Assembly (NCBI RefSeq): GCF_009914755.1
Contig: NC_060940.1
DNA from: the human T2T-CHM13v2.0 reference genome, Homo sapiens
Direction: 5' to 3' (one strand)
Length of the DNA: 64,000 nucleotides
Under the pieces are notes generated by a model that was not told the DNA's origin, did not search any database, and saw only the letters and a list, made by a program, of their open reading frames with translations. Position numbers and translations under genes: made by a program. Below, one piece after another: positions 1 through 15,800 of the stretch; position 1 is the first letter of the stretch, and each line of letters starts with the position of its first letter.

Positions 1-962
1 CATTGGATTCCTTTCGATGATGATTCCATTCGATTCCATTTGATGATGTTTCTCTTGTATTCCATTGGATAATTCCTTTCAGTTCCCTTCGATGATTATT
101 CTTTCGAGTCAATTCGATGATTCTATTCCATTCCCTTCGATGATGATTCCATTTCACTCCATTTGATGATTCCATTCGACTCAATTTGGTGATGATTCAA
201 TTCGATGATATTCGATGACTCCATTCAATTTCATTTGATGATGATTACATTCGAGTCCATTTGATGATTGTATTCCTTTCCTTTTGATGATTATTCCATT
301 CGTGTCTATTCAAAGGTTCCATTCTATTCCATTCAATGATGATTGCATTTGATTCCATTCAATGATTATGGCTATCGATTCCACTCGTTGATTCCATTTG
401 ATTCCGTTCGGTGATTATTCTGTTAGATTCCATTAGAAGATTCCATTCGATTTTATTCAATGATTCCAATGGATTCCATTCAATGATGATTCCATTCGAC
501 TCCATTCAGTGATTCCATTCGAGTCCATTTGATGATTCCATTCCTTTCCATTTGATGATGATTCCATTAGGGTCCATTCAATGATTCCATTCGAGTCCAT
601 TCGTTAATGCCTTTCGAGTCCTTTTGATCACTACATTCGAGTCCATTCAATGATTCTATTCGATTCCATTCCATGATGATTCCATTCGAGTTCATTCGAT
701 GATTGCATTCGAGTCCATTTGATGATTCCATATGATTCCCTTCGACAATGATTCCATTCGTGTCCATTTGATGATTCCATTCATTTCCTATCGATGAAGA
801 TTCCATTCAAGTGTATTCGATGATTCCATTCAAATCCATTCGATGATGATTCCATTCCAGTCCATTCGATCATTCCACTTGATTCCATTTGATGACTATT
901 CCATTCAAATCCATTTGATGATTCCATTGGATTCCATTCGATGTTACCATTCGAGTATATAC
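1..962. repeat. Diverged HSat2 spacer segment (3' part, cut by window edge), copy of 40406-41367
   Basis: Carries landmarks absent from the 6.1-kb unit (gtttctcttgtattcc, cctttcagttcccttcg, gattatggctatcg, gttaatgcctttcgagtccttttgatcactac). These recur only at +40,405 (ORF 567..806 vs 40972..41211). Confidence 0.88.
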
Positions 963-3900
963 GATGATTCCACTCGATTCCATTTGATGATTATTCCATT
1001 GGAGTCCACTTAGTGAATCCTTTAGATTCTACTCGAAGATGATTCCATTCGAGTCCATTCGATGATACCATTCAATTCCATTCGTTGATGCTTCCATTCA
1101 AGTGCATTCGATGATATCATTCGATTCCATTTGATGATAATTCCATTTGATTCCATGCGATGATTCTATTCGATTCCATTCAATGATAATTCCATTCAAT
1201 TCAGTGATTCCTCTGGACTCCATTTGATGATGATTCCATTCAATGATTCCATTCGATTCTATTCGAAAATGATTCCATTTGAATCCATTTGATGATGATT
1301 CCATTGGATTCCATTTGATGATTCCATTCGATTCCATTCGATGATGATTCCATTCGATTCCTTTTGATGAATCCATTCTATTGTATTCGATGATGATTCC
1401 ATTCGATTCCATTCGATGATGATTGGATTCGATTCCATTTGATGATTTCATTTGATTCCATTCGATAATGATTTCGATCAATTCCATTCGATGATTCCAT
1501 TCGATTCCATTCGATAATGATTACATCCGAGTCCATTCGATGATTCCCTTTGAGCCCGTTCGATAATTCCATTTGAGTCCAATCAATGATTCCATTCATT
1601 TCCATTCAATGATTCCATTCGAGTCCATTTGATCATTCCGGTAGGGTCCGTTCGATGTTGATTCCATTGGAGTGCATTCGATGATTCCATTCGAGTCCAT
1701 TTTAGGATTTGATTCGAGTCCTTTCGATGATTCCATTCGATTCCACTCGATGATTTCATTCGAGTCCATTCGACACTTCCAATCGATTCCATTTGATGTT
1801 TCCATTCGATTCCAATTGATGATTCCATTCAATTCCATTCGATGATGATTCCGTACGATTCCATTCTGTGATGATTCCATGTGATTGCATTCAATGATGA
1901 TTCCTTTCGATTGCATTCGATTATGATTCATTTCGTGTTCATTCTATGGTTCCACAGGTTTCCATTCGATGATGTTTCCATTCGTGTCCATTCCATTATT
2001 CCATTCTATTCCATTTGAAGATGATTCCATTCGATTCCATTCATTGGTGATTCCACTCATTTCCATTCAATGATTCCATTCCATTTCTTTCAACAATGAT
2101 TCCATTAGTTTCTATTCGATGATCCACTTGATTCCATTTGACGATGATTCCATTCTTGTCCATTCGATGATTCCATTTGATTCCATATGATGATGATTCC
2201 ATTCGATTCCATACGATGATGATTCCATTCGAGTCCATTCAATGGTGATTCCATTCAATTCCATTCGATGATTCCTTCCGATTCCATTCAATGATGATGG
2301 CATTCGATTCCTTTCGATCATTCCCTTTGATTCCATTCAAAGGTGATTTCATTCAAGTCCATTCGATAATTGCATTCGATTCCATTCTATGATGATTCCA
2401 TTCGAGTCCATTTGATGATTCCATTCAATTCAAGTCAATGATGATTCCATTCGATTCCACTCGATGATTCCATTGGATTCCATTCGATGATGATTCCATT
2501 CAAATCCATTCGATAATTCAATTCAAGTCCATTCTATGATGATTCCAATCGAATCCATTCAAAGATTCCACTCAATTCCATTCGATGATGATTCCCTTAG
2601 ATTCCATTCGATGATTCCACTTGATTCCATTTACGATGATTCCATTCGATTCCATGTGATGATTCCATTCAATTCTATTCAATGATGTTTCCACTTGATT
2701 CCATTCGAACATGATTGCCTTTGATTCCATTCAATGATTCCATACGGTTCCATTTGATGATGATTCCATTCGAGTGCATTAGATGATTCCATTCGAGTCC
2801 ATTCGATGATTCCATTCGAGTCCATTCGATGTTGATTCTGTTCAAATCCATTCGATGATTCCACTCGATTCCATTCGATGACTCCATTTGATCCCATTCG
2901 ATGATTTCCTTTGATTCCCTTTGATGATCATTCCATTTGATTCAATTCGGTGATTTCATTTGATTCCATTCAGTGATGTTTCCATTCAACTCCTTTCGAT
3001 GATGATTCCATTCGACTCCATTCGATTATGATTTCATTCAATTCCATTCGATAATGATTCCCTTCAAGTCCATTCGATGATTCCATTCGATTCCATTCAA
3101 CGATGATTTGATTCGTGTCCATTCGATGATTCCATTTGATTCCATTTGATGATGATTCCATTCGAGTCCCTTTGATGATTCCATTCAATTCCATTCTCCG
3201 ATGATTTCTTTTGAGCCCATTCAATGCTTCCACTCGATTCCATATGATGATGACTCCATTTGATGAAATTCCATGATGATTCCATTTGCTTGCATTCGAT
3301 GATGATTCCACTTGAGTCCGTTAGAAGATTCTATTCAATTACATTCCATGACGATTCTGTTCGAGTCCATTTGATGATTCCATTAGACTCCATTCGACGA
3401 TGATTCCATTCGATGTTATTCGATGATGATTCCATTCAACTCCATTCGATGTTTCCATTCGAGTTCATTCTATTATTCCATTAGATTCCATTCGATGATG
3501 ATTCCATTCGATTCCATTTGATGATTGCATTCTATTTCATTTGATGATGATTCCATTCGAGTCCATTCGATGATTCCATTCGAGTCCATTTAATGAATCC
3601 ATTGGTTTCAATTCTATGATGATTACATTGGATTCCATTCGTTGATGATTTCATTCGATTCCATTCAATGATGATTCCATTCAATTCCATTCAATGATTC
3701 CATTCAATTCCATACGATGATGATTCCATTTGATTTGATTCGACAGTGAGCCATTCGATTCAATTCCATGATGATTCTATTTGATTCAATTGGTTGACAT
3801 TTCCATTCGATTCCATTCGATGATGATTCCATTTGATTCCATTCAAAGATGATTCCATTCTAGCCCATTCAATCATTCCATTCGATTCTATTCAATGATG

Positions 3901-6815
3901 ATTCCATTCATGTCGATTTGGTGATTCCATTTGACTTCATTTGATGATGATTCCTTTCAAGTTCATTAGATGATTCCATTCGATTCCATTTGATGATGAT
4001 CCCATTCGAGTCCATTCAGTGATTCCACTCGTTTCCATTCCATGATGATTCCATTCCATTCCATTCAATGATTCCATTCGATTCCGTTTGATGATGATTT
4101 CATTCGAGTCCATTTGATGATTCCATTTGATTCCATTCGATGATGATTACATTCGAGTCCATACGATGATTCCACTCAATTCCATATGATGATGATTCCA
4201 TTCGATTCCATTCGATGATTCCATTCTATTCTATTCAATGGTGATTCCATTCGAGTACATTAGATGATTCCATTCGATTCCATTCAATGATGATTCTATT
4301 TGTGTCCCTTAGATGGTTCCACATGATTCCATTTCATGATGATACTATTTGAGCCCATCCAATGATTCCCTTCGATTCCATTCGATGAGGATTCCATTCG
4401 ATTCAATTCATTGGTGATTCTATTCAATTCAATTCTTTGATTCCATTCCATTCCATTCGACAATGATTCCATTCGATTTCTTTCGATGATTCCACTCGAT
4501 TCCACTTGACTTTGACTCCATTCGATTCCATTCAATGATTCCGTTTGATTCCAGTGGATGATGATTGCCATCGATTCCATTCGATCACTCCATTCTATTC
4601 CATTTGATGATGATTACATTCGATTCCATTTGATGATTCCATCTGATTCTATTCGAGGATTCCATTTGATTCCATTCGATGATGATTCCATTCGAGTGCA
4701 TTCGATGATTTCATTCGAGTACATCCAATGATTCCATTCGAGTCCATTTGATGATTCCATTTGATTCCATTTGATTATGATTCTACTAGAGTCCATTCAA
4801 TGACTCCATTCGAATCCATTCTACAATTCCATTCGAGGCCATTCGATGATTCCATTTCATGATTCCATTCGAGTCCATTTAATCATTACAGTCGAGTCCA
4901 TTTGGTGATTCCACTGGATTTCTTTTGATAATGATACCATTCAATTACATTTGATGATGATCCCATTCAATTTCATTTGATGGTGATTCCATTAGAGTCC
5001 ATTCGATGATTTCATTCGAGTCCCTTCATTGATTCCATCCGATTTCATTGGATGATGACTCCATTCGAGTCCATTCGATGATTCCACTCGATTCCATTAG
5101 ATGATTCCATTGGAGTCCATTTGATTGTTCCATTCGATTCTATTCGATTCCTTTCGAAGATTATTCCATTTGAGTCCATTCGATGATGATTCCATTCCAT
5201 TCCATTCGATGATTCCGTTTGATTCCATTCGATGATTCCCTTCGATTCCTTTCTTTGATGATTCCATTCCATTCCATTCAATGATTCCATTCGAATCTAT
5301 TCCATGATGATTCCTTTCGATTCCATTCGCTGATGTTTCCGTTCAATTCCATTCGATGATGATTCCATTCGATTCCATTCATTGAGGATTCCATTTGATT
5401 CCATTCAATGATGATTCCATTCTATTCCATTCAATGATTGCATTCAATTCCATTCAATGATTATCCCCTTAGAGTAAACTCAACGATTCCATTCAATACC
5501 ATTCGATGATGATTCCTTTTGAGTCCATTCAATGATTTCATTCAAGTCCATTTGATGATTCCTTTCAATTCCATTCTATGATGATTCCATTCGAGTCCAT
5601 TCGATGATTCCATTCGATTGCATTCGATGATTCCATTATATTCCATTCAACGATGATTCCATTCGAGTCCATTCGATGATTCCATTAGAGTACATTTAAT
5701 GATTGCTTTGTTTTCAATTCGAAGATGATTACATTGGATTCCATTCTATGATACCATTCGATTCCATTCAATGATGATTCCACTCAAATCCATTGGATGA
5801 TTCCATTCGTGTCCATTCGGTGATTTCATTAGATTCCATTCGAGGATGATTCCATTCGATTCCATTCGATGATTCCATTCAATTCCATTCGATGATGATT
5901 CCATTCCAGTCCATATGATCATTCCATTTGATTTCATTCGATGATGATTCCATTCGATTCCATTCGATGATTCCATTCTATTCCATTCGATGATGATTCC
6001 ACTCGAGTCCATTCGATGATTCCATTCGAGTCCATTTAATGATTCCATTGGGTTCAATTCAATGATGATTACATTGGATTCCGTTCTATGATTCCATTCA
6101 ATTCCGTTCATTGACAATTTGATTCCATTCGATGATGATTCCATTTGAGTTCATTCGATGATTCTATTCGATTCTCTTCGATGGTGATTCAATTCTATTA
6201 TATTGGATGATTCCATTCGATTCCATTTGATGTTGATTCAATTCGATTCTATTCGATGATGATTCCATTGGATTTCACTTGATGATTCTATTCGATTCCA
6301 TTCAATGATGATTCACTTCTCGTCCATTGGATGATTCCATTTCATTCCATTTGATGATGATTCCATTCGATTCCATTCGATGATTCCATTTGATTCCATG
6401 CGACGGTGAGCAATTCGATTCAATTCCATGATGATTCTATTTGATTCAATTAGATGATGTTTCCATTCGAATCCATTCCATGATTATTCCATTGGAATCC
6501 ATTCGGCGATGATTCCATATGAGTCAATTCAATGATGATTCCATATGGGTCCGTTCGATGATAATTCCATTTGATTTCATTCGATGCTTCTATTCTATTC
6601 CAGTCGATGATGATTCCGTTGGAGTCCATACGATGATTCCATTTGATTTCATTTGATGATGATTCCATTCGATGATGATTACATTGGATTCCATTCTATG
6701 ATTCCATTCAATTCCATTCGTTGATGATTCGATTCCATTCAATGATGATTCCATTTGAGTTCATTCGATGATTCTATTCGATTCCGTTTGATGGTGATTC
6801 AATTCTCTTATATTG
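963..6815. repeat. 6.1-kb unit U1 (5,853 bp; divergent, deletion-bearing variant)
   Basis: Same landmark order as other units (ccacttagtgaatcc, ttccggtagggtcc, ccacaggtttcc, gagtccgttagaag, agagtaaactcaacg). Indels relative to 6,112 are -3, +16, +3, -72, -23, -170 and -10, which sum to 5,853. Confidence 0.88.
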
Positions 6816-9800
6816 GATGATTCCAGTCGATTCCATTTGATGATTATTCCATTGGAGTCCACTTAGTGAATCCTTTGGATTCTACTCGACGATGATTCCA
6901 TTCGAGTCCATTCGATGATACCATTCAATTCCATTCGTTGATGCTTCCATTCAAGTGCATTCGATGATATCATTCGATTCCATTTGATGATAATTCCATT
7001 TGATTCCATGCGATGATTCTATTCGATTCCATTCAATGTTAATTCCATTCAATTCAGTGATTCCTCTAGACTCCATTTGATGATGATTCCATTCAATGAT
7101 TCCATTCGATTCTATTCGAAAATGATTCCATTTGAATCCATTTGATGATGATTCCATTCCATTCCATTTGATGATTCCATTCTATTCTATTCGATGATGA
7201 TTCCATTCGATTCCATTCGATGATGATTGGATTCGATTCCATTTGATGATTTCATTTGATTCCATTCGTTAATGATTTCGATCAATTCCATTCGATGATT
7301 CCATTCGATTCCATTCGATAATGATTACATCCGAGTCCATTCAATGATTCCATTTGAGCCTGTTCGATAATTCCATTTGAGTCCAACCAATCATTCCATT
7401 CATTTCCATTCAATGATTCCATTCGAGTCCATTTGATCATTCCGGTAGGGTCCATTCGATGTTGATTCCATTGGAGTGCATTCGATGATTCCATTCGAGT
7501 CCATTTTAGGATTTGATTCGAGTCCTTTCGATGATTCCATTCGATTCCACTCGATGATGATTTCATTCGAGTCCATTCGACACTTCCAATCGATTCCATT
7601 TGATGATTCCATTCGAGTCCAATTGATGATTCCATTCAATTCCATTCGATGATGATTCCGTACGATTCCATTCTGTGATGATTCCATGTGATTGCATTCA
7701 ATGATGATTCCTTTCGATTGCATTCGATTATGATTCATTTCGTGTTCATGCTATGGTTCCACAGGTTTCCATTCGTGTCCATTCCATTATTCCATTCTAT
7801 TCCATTTGATGATGATTCCATTCGATTCCATTCATTGGTGATTCCACTCAATTCCATTCAATGATTCCATTCCATTTCTTTCAACAATGATTCCATTAGT
7901 TTCTAATTGATGATCCACTTGATTCCAATTGACGACGATTCCATTCTTGTCCATTCGATGATTCCATTTGATTCCATATGATGATGATTCCATTCGATTC
8001 CATACGATGATGATTCCATTCGAGTCCATTCAATGGTGATTCCATTCAATTCCATTCGATGATTCCTTTCGATTCCATTCGATGATGATGGCATTCGATT
8101 CCTTTCAATCATTCCCTTTGATTCCATTCAAAGGTGATTTCATTCAAGTCCATTCGATAATTGCATTCGATTCCATTCTATGATGATTCCATTCGAGTCC
8201 ATTTGATGATTCCATTCAATTCAAGTCAATGATGATTCCATTCGATTCCATTCGATGATTCCATTGGATTCCATTCGATGATGATTCCATTCAAATCCAT
8301 TCGATAATTCAATTCAAGTCCATTCGATGATGATTCCAATCGAATCCATTCAAAGATTCCATTCAGTTCCATTCGATGATTCCCTTAGAATTCATTCGAT
8401 GATTCCACTTGATTGCATTTACGATGATTCCATTCGATTCCATGTGATGATTCCATTCAATTCTATTCAATGATGTCTCCATTTGATTCCATTCGACCAT
8501 GATTGCCTTTGATTCCATTCAATGATTCCATTCGGTTCCGTTTGATGATGATTCCGTTCGATTCCATTTGATGATTCCATTTGATTCCATTGGATGAGTC
8601 CATTCGATTACATTCGAAGATTATTCCATTCGAGTGCATTAGATGATTCCATTCGAGTCCATTCGATGATTCCATTCGATTCCATTTGATGTTGATTCTG
8701 TTCAAATCCATTCGATGATTCCACTCGATTCCATTCGATGACTCCATTTGATCCCATTCGATGATTTCCTTTGATTCCCTTTGATGATCATTCCATTTGA
8801 TTCAATTCGGTGATTTCATTTGATTCCATTCAGTGATGTTTCCATTCGACTCCATTCGATGATGATTCCATTCGACTCCATTCGATTATGATTTCATTCA
8901 ATTCCATTCGATAATGATTCCCTTCGAGTCCATTCGATGATTCCATTCGATTCCATTCAACGATGATTTGATTCGTGTCCATTCGATGATTCCATTTGAT
9001 TCCACTTGATGATGATTCCATTCGAGTCCATTTGATGATTCCATTCAATTCCATACTCCGATGATTTCTTTTGAGCCCACTCAATGCTTCCACTCGATTC
9101 CATATGATGATGACTCCATTCGATGAAATTCGATGATGATTCCATTCGCTTGCTTTCGATGATGATTCCACTTGAGTCCGTTAGAAGATTCTATTCAATT
9201 ACATTCCAGGACGATTCCGTTCGAGTCCATTTGATGATTCCATTAGACTCCATTCGACGATGATTCCATTCGATGTTATTCGATGATTCCATTCGATCTC
9301 ATTCGATGATGAGTCCATTCAACTCCATTCGATGTTTCCATTCGAGTTCATTCTATTATTCCATTAGATTCCATTCGATGATGATTCCATTCGATTCCAT
9401 TTGATGATTGCATTCTATTTCATTTGATGATGATTCCATTCGAGTCCACTCGATGATTCCATTCGAGTCCATTTAATGAATCCATTGGTTTCAATTCTAT
9501 GATGATTACATTGGATTCCATTCGTTGATGATTTCATTCGGTTCCATTCAATGATGATTCCATTCAATTCCTTTCAATGTTTCCATTCAATTCCATACGA
9601 TGATGATTCCATTTGATTTGATTCGACAGTGAGCCATTCGATTCAATTCCATGATGATTCTATTTGATTCAATTGGTTGACATTTCCATTCGATTCCATT
9701 CGATGATGATTCCCTTTGATTCCATTCAAAGATGATTCCATTCTAGCCCATTCAATCATTCCATTCGATTCTATTCAATGATGATTCCATTCATGTCGAT

Positions 9801-12800
9801 TTGGTGATTCCATTTGACTTCATTTGATGATGATTCCTTTCAAGTTCATTAGATGATTCCATTCGATTCCATTTGATGATCATCCCATTCGAGTCCATTC
9901 AGTGATTCCATTCGTTTCCATTCCATGATGATTCCATTCCATTCCATTCAATGATTCCATTCGATTCCGTTTGATGATGATTTCATTCGAGTCCATTTGA
10001 TGATTCCATTTGATTCCATTTGATGATGATTCCATTCGAGTACATTCGATGATTCTATTCGAATCCATTTGATGATTTCTTTTGATTATAGTTGGTGATG
10101 ATTCCATTGGAGTCCATTCAATGATTCCATTCGATTCCAATCGATGATGATTCCATTAGAGTCCATTTAATGTTTCCATTTGATTCCAGTCTCTGATGAT
10201 TACATTCGAGTCCATACGATGATTCCACTCAATTCCATATGATGATGATTCCGTTTGATTCCATTCGGTGATTCCATTCTATTCTATTCAATGGTGATTC
10301 CATTCGAGTACATTAGATGATTCCATTCGATTCCATTCAATGATGATTCTATTTGTGTCCCTTAGATGATTCCACATGATTCCATTAGATGATGATACTA
10401 TTTGAGCCCATCCAATGATTCCCTTCGATTCCATTCGATGAGGATTCCATTCGATTCAATTCATTGGTGATTCTATTCAATTCAATTCTTTGATTTCATT
10501 CCATTCCATTCGACAATGATTCCATTCGATTTCTTTCGATGATTCCACTCGATTCCACTTGACATTGATTCCATTCGATTCCATTCAATGATTCCATTTG
10601 ATTCCAGTGGATGATGATTGCCATCGATTCCATTCGATCACTCCATTCTATTCCATTTGATGATGATTACATTCGATTCCATTTCATGATTCCATCTGAT
10701 TCTATTCGAGGATTCCATTTGATTCCATTCGATGATGATTCCATTCGAGTCCATTCGATGATTTCATTCGAGTACATCCAATGATTCCATTCGAGTCCAT
10801 TAGATGATTCCATTTGATTCCATTTGAAAATGATTCTACTAGAGTCCATTCAATGACTCCATTCGAGTCCATTCAACAATTCCATTCGACTCCATTCGAT
10901 GATTCCATTCGATTCCATTTGATGGTTCCATTCGAGTCCATTTAATCATTACAGTCGAGTCCATTTGGTGATTCCACTGGATTTCTTTTGATAATGATAC
11001 CATTCAATTACATTTGATGATGATCCCATTCGATTTCATTTGATGATGATTCCATTAGAGTCCATTCGATGATTTCATTCAAGTCCCTTCATTGATTCCA
11101 TCCGATTTCATTTGATGATGACTCCATTCGAGTCCATTCGATGATTCCACTCGATTCCATTAGATGATTCCATTGGAGTCCATTTGATTGTTCCATTCGA
11201 TTCCATTCGATTCCTTTCGAAGATTATTCCATTTGAGTCCATTCGATGATGATTCCATTCCATTCCATTCGATGATTCCGTTTGATTCCATTCGATGATT
11301 CCCTTCGATTCCTTTCTTTGATGATTCCATTCCATTCCATTCAATGATTCCATTCGAATCTATTCCATGATGATTCCTTTCGATTCCATTCGCTGATGTT
11401 TCCGTTCAATTCCATTCGATGATGATTCCATTCGATTCCATTCATTGAGGATTCCATTTGATTCCATTCAATGATGATTCCATTCTATTCCATTCAATGA
11501 TTGCATTCAATTCCATTCAATGATTATCCCATTAGAGTAAACTCAACGATTCCATTCAATACCATTCGATGATGATTCCTTTTGAGTCCATTCAATGATT
11601 TCATTCAAGTCCATTTGATGATTCCTTTCAATTCCATTCTATGATGATTCCATTCGAGTCCATTCGATGATTCCATTCGATTGCATTCGATGATTCCATT
11701 ATATTCCATTCAACGGTGATTCCATTCGAGTCCATTCGATGATTCCATTAGAGTACATTTAATGATTGCTTTGTTTTCAATTCGAAGATGATTACATTGG
11801 ATTCCATTCTATGATACCATTCGATTCCATTCAATGATGATTCCACTCAAATCCATTGGATGATTCCATTCGTGTCCATTCGGTGATTTCATTAGATTCC
11901 ATTCGAGGATGATTCCATTCGATTCCATTCGATGATTCCATTCAATTCCATTCGATGATGATTCCATTCCAGTCCATATGATCATTCCATTTGATTTCAT
12001 TCGATGATGATTCCATTCGATTCCATTCGATGATTCCATTCTATTCCATTCGATGATGATTCCATTCGAGTCCATTCGATGATTCCATTCGAGTCCATTT
12101 AATGATTCCATTGGGTTCAATTCAATGATGATTACATTGGATTCCGTTCTATGATTCCATTCAATTCCCTTCATTGACAATTTGATTCCATTCGATGATG
12201 ATTCCATTTGAGTTCATTCGATGATTCTATTCGATTCTCTTCGATGGTGATTCAATTCTATTATATTGGATGATTCCATTCGATTCCATTTGATGTTGAT
12301 TCAATTCGATTCTATTCGATGATGATTCCATTGGATTTCACTTGATGATTCTATTCGATTCCATTCAATGATGATTCACTTCTCGTCCATTGGATGATTC
12401 CATTTCATTCCATTCGATGATGATTCCATTCGATTCCATTCGATGATTCCATTTGATTCCATGCGACGGTGAGCAATTCGATTCAATTCCATGATGATTC
12501 TATTTGATTCAATTAGATGATGTTTCCATTCGAATCCATTCCATGATTATTCCATTGGAATCCATTCGGCGATGATTCCATATGAGTCAATTCAATGATG
12601 ATTCCATATGGGTCTGTTCGATGATAATTCCATTTGATTTCATTCGATGCTTCTATTCTATTCCAGTCGATGATGATTCCGTTGGAGTCCATACGATGAT
12701 TCCATTTGATTTCATTTGATGATGATTCCATTCGATGATGATTACATTGGATTCCATTCTATGATTCCATTCAATTCCATTCGTTGATGATTCGATTCCA

Positions 12801-12878
12801 TTCAATGATGATTCCATTTGAGTTCATTCGATGATTCTATTCGATTCCGTTCGATGGTGATTCAATTCTCTTATATTG
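6816..12878. repeat. 6.1-kb unit U2 (6,063 bp; 49-bp deletion near 7160)
   Basis: Landmark spacing 6951->7282 = 331 vs 380 in U3. Otherwise colinear with U3. Confidence 0.88.
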
Positions 12879-15800
12879 GATGATTCCAGTCGATTCCATT
12901 TGATGATTATTCCATTGGAGTCCACTTAGTGAATCCTTTGGATTCTACTCGACGATGATTCCATTCGAGTCCATTCGATGATACCATTCAATTCCATTCG
13001 TTGATGCTTCCATTCAAGTGCATTCGATGATATCATTCGATTCCATTTGATGATAATTCCATTTGATTCCATGCGATGATTCTATTCGATTCCATTCAAT
13101 GATAATTCCATTCAATTCAGTGATTCCTCTGGACTCCATTTGATGATGATTCCATTCAATGATTCCATTCGATTCTATTCGAAAATGATTCCATTTGAAT
13201 CCATTTGATGATGATTCCATTAGATTCCATTTGATGATTCCATTCGATTCCATTCGACGATGATTCCATTCGATTCCGTTTGATGATTCCATTCTATTCT
13301 ATTCGATGATGATTCCATTCGATTCCATTCGATGATGATTGGATTCGATTCCATTTGATGATTTCATTTGATTCCATTCGTTAATGATTTCGATCAATTC
13401 CATTCGATGATTCCATTCGATTCCATTCGATAATGATTACATCCGTGTCCATTCGATGATTCCCTTTGAGCCTGTTCGATAATTCCATTTGAGTCCAACC
13501 AATGATTCCATTCATTTCCATTCAATGATTCCATTCGAGTCCATTTGATCATTCCGGTAGGGTCCATTCGATGTTGATTCCATTGGAGTGCATTCGATGA
13601 TTCCATTCGAGTCCATTTTAGGATTTGATTCGAGTCCTTTCGATGATTCCATTCGATTCCACTCGATGATGATTTCATTCGAGTCCATTCGACACTTCCA
13701 ATCGATTCCATTTGATGATTCCATTCGAGTCCAATTGATGATTCCATTCAATTCCATTCGATGATGATTCCGTACGATTCCATTCTGTGATGATTCCATG
13801 TGATTGCATTCAATGATGATTCCTTTCGATTGCATTCGATTATGATTCATTTCGTGTTCATTCTATGGTTCCACAGGTTTCCATTCGTGTCCATTCCATT
13901 ATTCCATTCTATTCCATTTGATGATGATTCCATTCGATTCCATTCATTGGTGATTCCACTCAATTCCATTCAATGATTCCATTCCATTTCTTTCAACAAT
14001 GATTCCATTAGTTTCTAATCGATGATCCACTTGATTCCATTTGACGACGATTCCATTCTTGTCCATTCGATGATTCCATTTGATTCCATATGATGATGAT
14101 TCCATTCGATTCCATACCATGATGATTCCATTCGAGTCCATTCAATGGTGATTCCATTCAATTCCATTCGATGATTCCTTTCGATTCCATTCGATGATGA
14201 TGGCATTCGATTCCTTTCAATCATTCCCTTTGATTCCATTCAAAGGTGATTTCATTCAAGTCCATTCGATAATTGCATTCGATTCCATTCTATGATGATT
14301 CCATTCGAGTCCATTTGATGATTCCATTCAATTCAAGTCAATGATGATTCCATTCGATTCCATTCGATGATTCCATTGGATTCCATTCGATGATGATTCC
14401 ATTCAAATCCATTCGATAATTCAATTCAAGTCCATTCGATGATGATTCCAATCGAATCCATTCAAAGATTCCATTCAGTTCCATTCGATGATTCCCTTAG
14501 ATTCCATTCGATGATTCCACTTGATTGCATTTACGATGATTCCATTCGATTCCATGTGATGATTCCATTCAATTCTATTCAATGATGTCTCCATTTGATT
14601 CCATTCGACCATGATTGCCTTTGATTCCATTCAATGATTCCATTCGGTTCCGTTTGATGATGATTCCGTTCGATTCCATTTGATGATTCCATTTGATTCC
14701 ATTGGATGAGTCCATTCGATTACATTCGATGATTATTCCATTCAAGTGCATTAGATGATTCCATTCGAGTCCATTCGATGATTCCATTCGATTCCATTCG
14801 ATGTTGATTCTGTTCAAATCCATTCGATGATTCCACTCGATTCCATTCGTTGACTCCATTTGATCCCATTCGATGATTTCCTTTGATTCCCTTTGATGAT
14901 CATTCCATTTGATTCAATTCGGTGATTTCATTTGATTCCATTCAGTGATGTTTCCATTCGACTCCATTCGATGATGATTCCATTCGACTCCATTCGATTA
15001 TGATTTCATTCAATTCCATTCGATAATGATTCCCTTCGAGTCCATTCGATGATTCCATTCGATTCCATTCAACGATGATTTGATTCGTGTCCATTCGATG
15101 ATTCCATTTGATTCCACTTGATGATGATTCCATTCGAGTCCATTTGATGATTCCATTCAATTCCATACTCCGATGATTTCTTTTGAGCCCACTCAATGCT
15201 TCCACTCGATTCCATATGATGATGACTCCATTCGATGAAATTCGATGATGATTCCATTCGCTTGCTTTCGATGATGATTCCACTTGAGTCCGTTAGAAGA
15301 TTCTATTCAATTACATTCCAGGACGATTCCGTTCGAGTCCATTTGATGATTCCATTAGACTCCATTCGACGATGATTCCATTCGATGTTATTCGATGATT
15401 CCATTCGATCTCATTCGATGATGATTCCATTCAACTCCATTCGATGTTTCCATTCGAGTTCATTCTATTATTCCATTAGATTCCATTCGATGATGATTCC
15501 ATTCGATTCCATTTGATGATTGCATTCTATTTCATTTGATGATGATTCCATTCGAGTCCACTCGATGATTCCATTCGAGTCCATTTAATGAATCCATTGG
15601 TTTCAATTCTATGATGATTACATTGGATTCCATTCGTTGATGATTTCATTCGGTTCCATTCAATGATGATTCCATTCAATTCCTTTCAATGTTTCCATTC
15701 AATTCCATACGATGATGATTCCATTTGATTTGATTCGACAGTGAGCCATTCGATTCAATTCCATGATGATTCTATTTGATTCAATTGGTTGACATTTCCA

